Assembly: GCA_965203295.1 (NCBI GenBank) | Contig: CBDBCZ010000019.1 | Span: 2,208,001 to 2,272,000, forward strand | DNA: 64,000 bases | Reading direction: 5' to 3' | Origin: Nitrospirales bacterium | Lineage (GTDB): Bacteria > Nitrospirota > Nitrospiria > Nitrospirales > UBA8639 | Shown here: piece after piece, positions 10,357-21,062 of the stretch | How positions within the stretch are numbered: position 1 is the first letter of the stretch | Layout of the letters: every line of letters begins with the position of its first letter | The notes under the pieces: model-generated | Database searches by the model: none | What the model saw: the letters and a program-made list of their open reading frames with translations, nothing else | What the model was told of the DNA's origin: nothing | Translations under genes and position numbers: made by a program

Positions 10357-11469
10357 TCACCCCCGAGATATCCCGATCTTGTCAATATAGTTCATCAGAA
10401 CGACCTTTTTTTCTGGATTTTTCTCTAACTCCAAAGCTCGATGGAAAAGTTCTACCGCGAGATCCGGTTTTCGCTTTTCATCGTACACTCGCCCGACTCC
10501 AAAGGTGGCACTTGAGTCATTTGGGTCCGACTTCAATGCCTTATTGAAGTAGTCTAAGGCATAATCGACCTGCCCCTTCTCGAACAAAAACCATCCTAGA
10601 GCAGTCGCCGCAGGAGCAAACTCTGGACAGATCCGTAAGGTCTCTTCATACTCGCGACGAGCCAGATCCTGCCGTCCTTTCGTCTCATACACCCCACCAA
10701 GCGCATAATGGACCTCGGCATCTTCAGAATTATATTGAAGAGCGATTTTATATTCCTGAATGCCGGCATCAATCTTTCCCTGTTCAACTAACGCACAGGC
10801 TAAGTTCGAATGTCCGAGTGGTTCATTGGGACGAAGTTTGATGATTTCTCGATATTGAGGAATGGCCATTTCCAATTGCCCTTGCTCCTGGTAGGCTACT
10901 CCTAAATTCAACCGAGCCGGGATGAAGGTCGAATCCAATTTGACCGCTTCCCGATATTCTTTAATCGCCTGATCGGGACGACCCATCCGTTGATAAATTT
11001 GAGCTAAAAAAAAGTGGGGAAAGGGTGAGGCAGAATCCTGCGCAATAGCCTTTCGGTAAGACGCGATACTTTTCTCTGATTGACCTGATTGGGCCAAAAA
11101 AAGACCGGCTACCAATTGAATCGGGGCTTGGTTGGGATAATCGCCGACCAACTCATCTACCCACATCCCTACCTTGGCAATATGAGCCTCCTCTTTGAGA
11201 GATTGCTCATGACACTGCCACGCCAGTGCAAATTCACCCCGAATCAAATGAACGACATTCAATACAAAAATGGCCCGAGGGTCATGTTCATCTATCTGAG
11301 CCTGTTGAGTCGCTAGGTCAAACAGAGTATCCCAGTGACCTTGGGCCAACCCCTCAGCGATTTCCTTCAATTCGGCAGGCTGAGCGGAAACCGAGTGGTC
11401 TTGCATGATTTCCTCTTGGGCCTTCTCTCCAGTTTCTTCTTCTGGAGCTGATGGATTCAAAGAGTTCAT
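10357..11469 (-). CDS. Tetratricopeptide-repeat protein
   Basis: Tandem TPRs (e.g. ARLNLGVAYQEQGQLEMAIPQY); ATGA overlap with thyX. Confidence 0.85.
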   Translation of the reverse strand: MNSLNPSAPEEETGEKAQEEIMQDHSVSAQPAELKEIAEGLAQGHWDTLFDLATQQAQIDEHDPRAIFVLNVVHLIRGEFALAWQCHEQSLKEEAHIAKVGMWVDELVGDYPNQAPIQLVAGLFLAQSGQSEKSIASYRKAIAQDSASPFPHFFLAQIYQRMGRPDQAIKEYREAVKLDSTFIPARLNLGVAYQEQGQLEMAIPQYREIIKLRPNEPLGHSNLACALVEQGKIDAGIQEYKIALQYNSEDAEVHYALGGVYETKGRQDLARREYEETLRICPEFAPAATALGWFLFEKGQVDYALDYFNKALKSDPNDSSATFGVGRVYDEKRKPDLAVELFHRALELEKNPEKKVVLMNYIDKIGISRG

Positions 11470-12971
11470 CGAGTCAGGGTATCCTCAAGCTCTGGAGGGG
11501 TGGCATGAATGTGGCTTCCCAGATAGGGGTACTGCTCTGCTAATTTAACCTTCATCAGCCATGCCACTGTTCGATAGGACCAATGTCCTTTCACACCGGA
11601 ACGAAGCTTGGAAATATATTCCGCTTCCGCAAAATCCATTTTAAACAAACAGCGCACCCGAAAACCAAAGGGAATGGCATAGAGTGAAGATTCCTGATCC
11701 AACGTTCGGAGTTGTTCAATGTCTTGCTTGACCGCTTCCAGAGCAGCAGAATAGTCTTTTTCCACATTAGCCTGCTGAAGGATTTCCGGCACGTCATATC
11801 CATGGACGGTCGTAAAATTTTGTTGGACTTGCTGGCAGCGACGGTGACGATGCATGTCTCGCCATCCGCCGATATCCATTAACACATCAAAGACAAACGC
11901 ATAACCACTTCGAAATTCCTTGATCAACTCATCATGGGGACCTCGACGCCTCATAGCAATTTCAATCGTTTCCTGCTTCTCCTTCTCGGACCACTGTTGA
12001 ACCATTTCTAGAATACAGCGGTAGGGTGCATGACTCACTCGGTAGAGAAGAGTCGTGACGAGTTCATCCATTGGATCATGGGGTTCGAGCAACTCAACAG
12101 GTGTGGTTCGTGTCGCCCAGGAAGAAGGATGATCCAGACTCACCTGTTTCATGATTCCATTTCCATAACGAAGAAGATCTCGATACACTTCAGCTTGATA
12201 CTCATTGGACCCTGCATATCTGGCTAACGTAGGGGCCAAGGGTTCAGCAAGCTTGTCATCGTCTCCAGAAAGGTTAGCCCAGAGGTTTGAAGGTGGTTTG
12301 CGACACGCGTCTTTCAACTCTTCTCCAATGGCCCGTAACTCGGGAAGTTGAGCTGACAGAAGCCGAGTCATCTGTTTTTCGAGCGTGCGAATACTGACAA
12401 CCTGTCCCACATTGGTTTTTGCCGCCAGCGGTAACAGGTAACGAGTGACATCAAGGGTTCGCGCAGCCATGGTGCGGTCATAGTTGGCTGGGGTCATATC
12501 TGCCGGACGGGGGTATTGCTCAGAGAGATAACTCCGAAGCGGTTCCTGCAACTGACGGTATACATTGTACAAGCTCCCTAAGACCCCTCGGTACACCCCC
12601 TCCGTTTCCGTATTAAGGATGTTCTCGGGAATATAACACCCAGCTGCCGCAAAATTTTGGTAGCGGCTTGATTTAGCCTGACCATCCCAAAGCGGTTCAT
12701 CTTCCAACCGGATGGCCGCCAATTCCGAAATATTTTCACAACACATCGTCACGTGACCAAGATCAGCGATCGAACCATGACCATAGGCAAAATAAAATTG
12801 TTCCCAAAACTTTTCCGACGAATGCGAATGAACCCATCGCAGGCTCTCTTCAATGGAATCGGGAGAGCGACTATAGCGGGCTAAGGCATAGGCCGACTTC
12901 TCGGGCGGCATGGGGGCCACGGCGACAATTCGCCGAGCGTCTTTTTCCATGGTCACGGATCTTTTCTCCAC
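11466..12971 (-). CDS. thyX: FAD-dependent thymidylate synthase, tandem two-domain form
   Basis: ARYSRS, YGHGSIADL, KSSRYQ, TRYLLP and RDMHRHR motifs; 501 aa. Confidence 0.85.
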   Translation of the reverse strand: MEKRSVTMEKDARRIVAVAPMPPEKSAYALARYSRSPDSIEESLRWVHSHSSEKFWEQFYFAYGHGSIADLGHVTMCCENISELAAIRLEDEPLWDGQAKSSRYQNFAAAGCYIPENILNTETEGVYRGVLGSLYNVYRQLQEPLRSYLSEQYPRPADMTPANYDRTMAARTLDVTRYLLPLAAKTNVGQVVSIRTLEKQMTRLLSAQLPELRAIGEELKDACRKPPSNLWANLSGDDDKLAEPLAPTLARYAGSNEYQAEVYRDLLRYGNGIMKQVSLDHPSSWATRTTPVELLEPHDPMDELVTTLLYRVSHAPYRCILEMVQQWSEKEKQETIEIAMRRRGPHDELIKEFRSGYAFVFDVLMDIGGWRDMHRHRRCQQVQQNFTTVHGYDVPEILQQANVEKDYSAALEAVKQDIEQLRTLDQESSLYAIPFGFRVRCLFKMDFAEAEYISKLRSGVKGHWSYRTVAWLMKVKLAEQYPYLGSHIHATPPELEDTLTR

Positions 12972-13205
12972 TCTTCAACAATCATGATAAAGAAGCATGA
13001 TCACTAGGGGGATCAACGAAAGAGAATGACGTGCTTCAGTTTTTTCGATTGTCTCGCAGGGGTGCCACTATAAATCGGGCGACGCTTCAATCTCAAGTCA
13101 CCATGACCCCGTCCCGATCAACGTAGAAAAAACCCTTGAAACAGTGCATTCATGCCCGTACACTCCGCCAACTTATCGGCGCAACAAACTCTCTCATCTG
13201 AAATC

Positions 13206-14564
13206 ATGGCTAATCGTCAATCCATTCATGGACAATGGTCTTCTCGATGGACCTTTATTATGGCAGCTACAGGTGCGGCTGTCGGTCTGGGGAATATTTG
13301 GAAATTTCCGTACTTGACCGGGGAACATGGCGGAAATGCCTTCATTTTAGTCTATATCGTCTGTGTGGCCGCTTTGGGAATCCCGATGATGATGGCCGAG
13401 GTCATGTTGGGCAAGTTAGGGCGTCAAACTCCAGTGAACACCATGCGAACCCTCGCTCAAGAAACTGGAGCCAGTAAGGGATGGGAACTTATCGGATGGT
13501 CGGGTACGGTCGCTGGCGTGCTTATTCTGTCCTACTACAGCGTGATAGAGGGTTGGACACTCGCTTACATTTTCCGTTCCGCTACAGGGATGTTTACGGA
13601 AGCTAATGGAGCCTTTACCTCCAATGCTTTTGACGAATTTGTGGCTGACCCATAGACATTGATTCTTTGGCATTCCTTGTTCATGGTCATGACCATGTTT
13701 GTCGTCGCACGTGGGGTCCAGGGCGGTTTGGAAAAAGCTGTCCAGTATCTGATACCAACTCTTTTTGTGTTGCTCCTTGTGTTGGTGGGCTATGCACTGA
13801 CGACCGGGTACTTCCAGAAAGGACTTGCTTTTCTGTTCACTCCCGATTTCAGCAAACTCTCTGGAACCAGCATGTTAGCGTCTATGGGACAGGCCTTTTT
13901 CAGTTTAAGCCTGGGGATGGGAACAATCATGATTTATGGGTCCTATGTCCCGACAGGCACATCGATCGCTGAAACATCTATCTCCATCGCGGTGGCGGAC
14001 TCATTAGTAGCCTTGATTGCAGGAATGGCGATCTTCCCCATTGTGTTTGCGAATCATATGGAACCCGGGGCAGGCCCAAGCTTGATCTTCGAAACCCTTC
14101 CAGTGGCGTTTGGCAATATGACGGGCGGAGTAGCGTTCGGATCCTTATTCTTTATCCTGTTATTGGTAGCTGCCTGGACCTCTTCGATCTCGCTGATTGA
14201 GCCGGCCGTGACGATGATGATAGAAAATTATCGGATGAGTCGACTCACAGCTTCTGTAAGGACAGGCTTGGTGACCTGGGCGCTGGGGTTGGGAACGGTT
14301 TTTTCCTTTAATATTGGGACGAAATTCACAATCTTCAGCTTAGACTTTTTCCACCTGTTGGACTACGTCACTTCCAACTTGATGCTTCCTCTTGGCGGCA
14401 TAGGCATGGCAATTTTCGCAGGCTGGCTGATGACTCAACAGACCACCCAAGCCGAACTGGAAATCAAAAAGAAAAACGGTTTCAGAATTTGGCAAATTCT
14501 TATCCGCTATATTGCTCCACTCGCCGTTTCGATCGTTCTTTTTCACGCCATAGGTGTCCTTTAA
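13206..14564 (+). pseudogene. Sodium-dependent NSS/SNF-family transporter interrupted by an in-frame TAG
   Basis: GAAVGLGNIWKFPY and GQAFFSLSLG motifs. TAG at 13653-13655 in DP*TLILWH; both halves are in the same frame. Confidence 0.88.
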
Positions 14565-14569
14565 TACAT

Positions 14570-15175
14570 TTAAGACAAATGTTGAACACAATGAGTCAAC
14601 AATAAGACTATTTCTTGAAGCTGAATTGTTTCAAGATCATCACGCAATTCTTTTCTGCCTTCAGTTACGCAAATCTGACATGAATCAATAAAACAAAAAG
14701 GATCCCATTTCCCGGCCGGGATCAGGTTTGAGAAGGTCGCGTTGCCAGCCTTAACCTCGCATTGGACATAGCGAGCTAAGTCATCAAATACCGGGTGATA
14801 GCCAACCTTTCTAAACCAATATTTCGCATTTCCATAATCTGGCTCACGCCGATGAACAATGCCGTGCCAATAATTGGCTTCAGGCATCTCATACTGCTGA
14901 GCCAACGTGTGAGCTTCATCATCGGCTCCTCCCAAGAGATATAAGCCAATTTTTACAGTTTGAGCCATGGCGTGCTCTTGAACTCGATCACCGAAAAGCT
15001 TCTCAGCCGACAGAGTCTGTAGTTCCGTCATAGCTTGGAAGACCGGTCGCCTTGATCCAGAGGTCAAACTCAAGGAGGGAGAACCCACGATTATTTTGTC
15101 AAATAGAATGGCACCAGGAGAGTCAGGAGAAAAAGGATTCGTGGACTTGTTTATATCACCCCATCCTTCTGACAT
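14570..15175 (-). CDS. Conserved hypothetical protein
   Basis: AHTLAQ...YWHGIVHRREPDYGNAKYWF motif. Confidence 0.75.
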   Translation of the reverse strand: MSEGWGDINKSTNPFSPDSPGAILFDKIIVGSPSLSLTSGSRRPVFQAMTELQTLSAEKLFGDRVQEHAMAQTVKIGLYLLGGADDEAHTLAQQYEMPEANYWHGIVHRREPDYGNAKYWFRKVGYHPVFDDLARYVQCEVKAGNATFSNLIPAGKWDPFCFIDSCQICVTEGRKELRDDLETIQLQEIVLLLTHCVQHLS

Positions 15176-15226
15176 GGCTTATCTAGAGGGAAGCAGCTCG
15201 AGAAGGAAAATTGAACAGGAGAGGTT

Positions 15227-15924
15227 TTAATCAGGGAAATAATACGCGAATCCAATGAGGCCGAGCACCGCGTTGATTCCGGTATTCCGATCCCCCAAGT
15301 TTGCATTAGAGATATGAGAAAGCCGAACCCCCAGGGAAACCGCTGTCCGGTCCGTGACTAAATACTGAACTCCAGGACCGGTTCCGAGAATATAATTAAA
15401 TTGTGTACTTTGCTCAGGTATGCGAGGGGCTAAATCGCTCCAAACCATGCCCGCACCCACATCCCAATAGGGTATCCATCGCCCGTAGGAAAGGAAATCA
15501 TATTTCAAGACTAACGACCCACCGAAAAAGAAGCGATGAACGATTCAAAAAAATGCGCTCCGACAGGTTCGACGATGACTTCGAATGCCCCGCTGAAATA
15601 ACCGGCATCGAGCTTATCAGTCAGCACGTATCCAATTTGAGGAAGAACAAACACCGCACTTCGGTTAGAAGATTGGGCTCCCCCTAAGGCCGTCGTGGCC
15701 TGCCAGTATCCAGCTTAGATGCCAAGTTCCACCGTTCCGTTCTTAATCAACTTTCCAGCTTCGGGCTCGGCATTCACACTCCCTGGGGGAAAAACTAATA
15801 TTCCCACAATCGTAAGAACGACTAGCATTAGCATTCCCTCCGTTTTCAGGAACATTCGACTCTTAATTCCAAAACTGTCACCCCCAAAATTCAGGCCAAA
15901 GCTTAAAGATACTCTCTCCATCAA
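15227..15924 (-). pseudogene. PagL-like/acyloxyacyl hydrolase outer-membrane beta-barrel, disrupted
   Basis: Signal-like N-terminus and C-terminal HISNANLGDRNTGIN motif. In-frame TAA at 15715-15717 and a 1-nt deletion at the run at 15525-15529. Confidence 0.8.
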
Positions 15925-16277
15925 TCAACACCCACTTGAGTATTCAAATGTAAGGTAGAATGCTGACTTCAGGAAACACATATATCACAAACAAGCGCAT
16001 GACAATAGACTTTTTTGCTTCCACGCAAGTCCTCATGATCAGATGTCGCCACAGCTCGTACCCTGATCCGTTGTCATGAGAATCTTTTCCAGCCAGATCC
16101 CTCATGGCCAAATTGAAAAACTGACGGATAAAAAATTTCCGCCAGAATTTTTTATGTGATGAGACTTTACCCAGAATTTCATAGAGTACCGGAGCCCTAT
16201 TATGGTAAAAGGATATTGATATTCACGCAAATCAAACCCTCTCTCCTTCAATCACTCACTGTTGAAAGGAAGTCATT

Positions 16278-16515
16278 ATGTCGACAAAGGCGTACATCTT
16301 GATGAAAGTCAAAACCGGCAAATCTGTCGAAGTTCTCCGCTTGCTCAGGGAAGTCCCCGGTGTCGAGCAGGCCCATACCTGTTTTGGCCAACCTGATATC
16401 TTTGGGCTCATCAAGGCTGAAGATGAAAAAACATTAGCCAGCGTCATCATGACCAAAGTTCATACGATTCCAGGGGTCGAGGAAACGGACACTCATAATC
16501 ATTGCCCAAGACTAA
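16278..16515 (+). CDS. Lrp/AsnC ligand-binding domain protein with a frameshift in its last codons
   Basis: KAYILMKV...CFGQPDIF...IPGVEETDTH. Removing one A at 16497-16498 restores HIIAQD*; as sequenced the frame reads through to 16577. Confidence 0.75.
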
Positions 16516-16725
16516 TCGATTCAATTTTCACCCTTCTAAGGAGAACCTCAAATCGGATATTCTCCCTCAGGCCGTGATCACAAGACTTTCTTCGTCAATT
16601 GAGAAATCCTTGGTTCACCTCCTGTGCGTCCTGGGTGGTGTGACCTCATAGGTTATTCCCCGATTCAACGTTCTGTCCACCACCAACTTGCCATCCCCTA
16701 GCCCTTTCCCCTACCGTATGGTTTC

Positions 16726-18339
16726 ATGCGACCACGGTATGTTCCCACGCTTTGCGCTGTCCTGACCGGCTCAGCCTATTCGCTGTCTGTTTCAAACAAT
16801 CTTGACGGCTTTCCCTATGGGATTCTTGCTTGGATAAGTCTCATTCCCCTTCATGTGGCTCTGGAAGGTGCAACAGAACGGCAAGCCTTTTTCCGAGGAT
16901 GGGGAACTGGCATCTTGAGTTTTATCGGCTCGATGTATTGGGTCGTCATCGCCATGCACTCGTACGGACACATTCCCCTTCTCATCAGCGTGGCGCTGAT
17001 GCTTCTCCTTGCCACCTATTTAGGTCTCTACGTCGGATTGTATGCTCTGATCGTCGCTCACGTGGACCGACATCGGCCCAGTTCGATCTTGTGGGGAGCA
17101 CCGACATTATGGGTTTCCTTTGAGTTACTCCGGACCTATTTGCTGAGTGGCCTTCCGTGGGGGCTTTTAGGGTATTCGCAGTTTCGTGTTTTGTCCATTA
17201 TTCAGGTCGCTGACATCACTGGTGTCTATGGCATTTCCTTTCTTGTGGTCTTCATCAATGTAGTGCTCTTTACCATGATTCAATGGGGGTGGAATGAATA
17301 CCGAAAATCAAAGGGTATCCCATTTCCTTGGAAGCCCTTGACGCTCGCCACGCTCACTCTGTCACTTGTCTGGGGATACGGGCTATGGCAATTGGATAAG
17401 GAAGCCGCACGAAGACATGAGGCGCCCACACTACGCGTGGGGTTGATCCAAGCAAATATTGGCCAAGCTCACAAATGGGATACGGCTTACCGATTTGAAA
17501 CCATGAACCGATACATGACACTCTCCAAACAGGCATCGAAGGAGACTGACCTGATTATCTGGCCTGAAGCCGCGACACCGTTTTTGTATGAGCAAGAACC
17601 TTCGTATCAATCCCTGATCACCGCCTTGACCCAAGAAACTCACGTTCCACTGGTATTGGGAAGTCCCGCCTTGCGGCGTTTTCCAGATGGCAGCCCCTAT
17701 CTCTTGAACAGTGCCTATCTCTTGAACACCAACGGAGACATTACAGGGCGATACGATAAACAGCATCTCGTGCCTTTTGGAGAATATATTCCCCTTCGAT
17801 GGCTTCTCTTTTTTCTGGACAAACTTGTGGTAGGCATAGGTGATTTCGAACCCGGGCCGGGCCCCACTCTGCTGAGCCTCTCACCTCAGAACCATGAAGC
17901 TGGTCCTCGGTTCGGAGTCGCGATTTGTTTCGAGGTGATTTTTCCAAACCTTGTCCGTCAATTGGCGAACGAAGGCTCGAATTTTCTTGTCACGATTACG
18001 AATGATTCCTGGTTCGGTCAGACCGTAGCCCCATACCAACATTTTGCTATGGTCGTCTTCCGCGCTGTCGAAAACCGGATGGCCTTTGCCCGAGCAGCCA
18101 ATACGGGAATATCGGGTTTCATCGCTTCAGATGGACGAATTCTTTCCAAGACAGACATTTTTTCCGAAGCAATCGTCAAGGGTGAAGTCTCTCTCCATTC
18201 CCCTTCAACGTTTTACACAAGGCAAGGAGATGTCTTTGCATGGGCCTGTGTTATTCTTACAGGTTTTTTGATATTGTTGGGAAGACGGTCCCTCAGACAG
18301 AACAGGACCAATGACCTGAAAGTCTCTCCGAATCCCTAA
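16726..18339 (+). CDS. lnt: Apolipoprotein N-acyltransferase
   Basis: IIWPEAA, YDKQHLVPFGEY, ICFEVIF, TNDSWFG and RAANTGIS motifs. Confidence 0.96.
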   Translation: MRPRYVPTLCAVLTGSAYSLSVSNNLDGFPYGILAWISLIPLHVALEGATERQAFFRGWGTGILSFIGSMYWVVIAMHSYGHIPLLISVALMLLLATYLGLYVGLYALIVAHVDRHRPSSILWGAPTLWVSFELLRTYLLSGLPWGLLGYSQFRVLSIIQVADITGVYGISFLVVFINVVLFTMIQWGWNEYRKSKGIPFPWKPLTLATLTLSLVWGYGLWQLDKEAARRHEAPTLRVGLIQANIGQAHKWDTAYRFETMNRYMTLSKQASKETDLIIWPEAATPFLYEQEPSYQSLITALTQETHVPLVLGSPALRRFPDGSPYLLNSAYLLNTNGDITGRYDKQHLVPFGEYIPLRWLLFFLDKLVVGIGDFEPGPGPTLLSLSPQNHEAGPRFGVAICFEVIFPNLVRQLANEGSNFLVTITNDSWFGQTVAPYQHFAMVVFRAVENRMAFARAANTGISGFIASDGRILSKTDIFSEAIVKGEVSLHSPSTFYTRQGDVFAWACVILTGFLILLGRRSLRQNRTNDLKVSPNP

Positions 18340-18356
18340 CCACAAAGGAGCACGGA

Positions 18357-19455
18357 ATGTTAGAAGACGTTCGCAGCCGCATGAGTGAGATCGAGAACAC
18401 TATCGCTGATTTACGGAGGTCTCTTTGACGTCCCTCAGCTCACCAATGAAATAGAGGAAATCGAGCGCGAGTCCGCCCAACCTGATTTTTGGAAAAATGC
18501 CGCTCATGCTGCCAAAGTCGGACAACGTAAAGCTACCATTGAGCGGGATATTCGACGACTCAGCGATTTGGAGCGTCAGCAAGCTGACCTTCAAGCCACG
18601 CTGGAATTGATCGGTGAGCAGGAAGATCCAGAGTTACAGAACGAACTTGCCGCCAACCTTGGCCAATTAGAGAAGCTTCTTGACCAACTCCAGGTTGAAC
18701 GACTCCTTGCTGGTGAGCATGATGACTGCCCGGCTATTCTTGGCATTAATCCTGGAGCTGGTGGGACTGAATCTCAGGATTGGGCGCAAATGCTCATGCG
18801 AATGTATATTCGATGGGCAGAACAACGAGGATATAAAGTCGAGACCCTTGATGTTCAACCCGGAGATGAAGCAGGAATCAAAAGCATCACCCTGGGAATT
18901 TCCGGACCGCATGCCTATGGGTATTTGAAAGCGGAGTCAGGCGTCCATCGCTTAGTTCGAATATCTCCATTCGATGCCAATAAACGGCGGCACACGTCTT
19001 TTGCCGCTGTTTCGGTCTACCCGGAAAGAGAAGACGATGTGAATGTGATCATTGATGACAAGGACTTGCGGGTTGATACATTTCGCGCTGGAGGAGCAGG
19101 GGGACAAAACGTCAATAAAGTGGAAACCGCCATCCGCATGACCCATATCCCCACTGGGATTACGGTACAATGCCAAAACGAGCGATCTCAATTGCAAAAT
19201 CGTATGGGCGCCATGCGCGTCTTGAAAGCCAAATTATATGAGTTGGAACAGCAAAAAAAAGAAGCTGAGTTTCAGACCATCGTTGGAGAAAAAAAGGAAA
19301 TCGGTTGGGGAAGCCAAATTCGGTCCTATGTATTCCAACCCTATCAAATGGTGAAAGACCATCGGACCAACTATGAATCTGGCAATGTATCGGCTGCAAT
19401 GGATGGCGCTCTTGACCCCTTCATTGAAGCATACTTAAAAAAACAGGTAGGATAA
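18357..19455 (+). CDS. prfB: Peptide chain release factor 2 (programmed +1 frameshift)
   Basis: ATG at 18357, 23 codons to CTT TGA C (18423-18429) with an internal SD (GGAGG) just upstream; SPF and GGQ motifs in the +1 frame. Confidence 0.97.
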
Positions 19456-19574
19456 TCAATCACGACTCTATTCGATAGAGAAACCCCTTAGCGAGTCTAG
19501 CCTTCCCATTCATCCTGATCTGAGGACAGAGAAGACTTCTCTGAAGACGTTCTTCCAAGTTGAGGACTACACAC

Positions 19575-21062
19575 GTGGACGACACGAACGACCAATACAT
19601 CCAACGACTCCAAAAACTCGACACCCTCCGCGATTTGGGCATCTCGCCTTATGGAAAACGTTTTGACAAGGCCCAATCCATTACATTGCTCGTGGATTCC
19701 CATGGAACGAAATCCAAAGAAGAACTCGAGCAAGACAAGATCATTTGCCGTATTGCGGGACGAATTGTCGCACTCCGTCGTTTTGGAAAAGCGGCCTTCG
19801 CTTCTCTGCAAGATGGACCGGACCGTCTCCAAGTCTATTTTAAAAAGGACCAATTGGGAGAAGAGGGGTTTCACCTCTGCCAAGAATTAGACTTGGGGGA
19901 TTGGATTGGTGTCGATGGCCCGTTATTCAGGACCAAAACCAATGAATTGACGGTTGAAGTTCACACCATCACCTTCCTTTCCAAAGGATTACGTACCCTG
20001 CCTGAAAAGTGGCATGGCCTCACAGATATTGAGATGCGGTACCGCCAACGATACGTCGACCTGATTGCGAACCCATCAATTCATAGCATATTTCAGGTCC
20101 GCAGCCGCATGATTTCAGCAATTCGCGAATTTCTCATGGAGCAAGGATTTCTGGAAGTGGAGACCCCTATGATGCAACCCATTCCAGGCGGAGCTACTGC
20201 CAGGCCTTTTGTCACCCACCACAATGCGTTACATGCGGAATTGTATCTTCGGGTTGCTCCAGAACTGTATCTCAAACGACTGATTGTAGGAGGGTTTCGT
20301 CGTGTCTTTGAAATTAATCGCAATTTCAGGAATGAAGGGATATCGACAATCCATAATCCTGAATTCACCATGCTGGAGTTCTACCAAGCCTATGCGGATT
20401 ACCAGGATTTAATGTCCTTGACCGAACAGTTGTTCGAGCGGCTTGCCTTACAAATTTTGGGAAGCACAGCCGTAGAATATCAGGGGAAGACCATCAATCT
20501 GGCCGGTCCCTGGCGAAGGCTTCCCTATTTTGATGCGATATTGGAAGTGAACAACCTCCCACCCAGTATACTTGAAAGTTGTGATGAGGCCCGAACCGTG
20601 GCAAAGAAATTGAACGTGGAGGTCCCTCCTGATGCTGACCTCGTTCCCATTCTTAACCTTATTTTTGAGGAAACGGTTGAACCCCAACTCATTCAACCAA
20701 CCTTTATTACAGACTACCCGATTGAAATTTCCCCATTAGCTAGGAAAAAAGACTCAAATCCTCATTTGACAGACCGTTTTGAACTCTACGTTGGGAATCG
20801 AGAATTGGCAAACGGGTTTTCCGAGTTGAATGATCCGTTGGATCAACGGCAGCGATTCGAAGCTCAGGTTGCCCAACGAGAGGCAGGAGACGAGGAGGCT
20901 CATTACCTGGACGAAGACTTTCTGCGCGCCTTGGAGTATGGAATGCCACCAACCGCAGGGGAAGGGATCGGAATTGACCGCCTGGTCATGTTGTTCACCA
21001 ATCAGCCTTCCATTCGTGACGTCATTCTTTTTCCTCTCTTACGACCAGAGAAGCCATCGTGA
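19575..21062 (+). CDS. lysS: Lysine-tRNA ligase (class II)
   Basis: YRQRYVDL, FRNEGI, HNPEFTMLE and GMPPTAGEGIGIDRL motifs; GTG start after GAGG. Confidence 0.97.
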   Translation: MDDTNDQYIQRLQKLDTLRDLGISPYGKRFDKAQSITLLVDSHGTKSKEELEQDKIICRIAGRIVALRRFGKAAFASLQDGPDRLQVYFKKDQLGEEGFHLCQELDLGDWIGVDGPLFRTKTNELTVEVHTITFLSKGLRTLPEKWHGLTDIEMRYRQRYVDLIANPSIHSIFQVRSRMISAIREFLMEQGFLEVETPMMQPIPGGATARPFVTHHNALHAELYLRVAPELYLKRLIVGGFRRVFEINRNFRNEGISTIHNPEFTMLEFYQAYADYQDLMSLTEQLFERLALQILGSTAVEYQGKTINLAGPWRRLPYFDAILEVNNLPPSILESCDEARTVAKKLNVEVPPDADLVPILNLIFEETVEPQLIQPTFITDYPIEISPLARKKDSNPHLTDRFELYVGNRELANGFSELNDPLDQRQRFEAQVAQREAGDEEAHYLDEDFLRALEYGMPPTAGEGIGIDRLVMLFTNQPSIRDVILFPLLRPEKPS

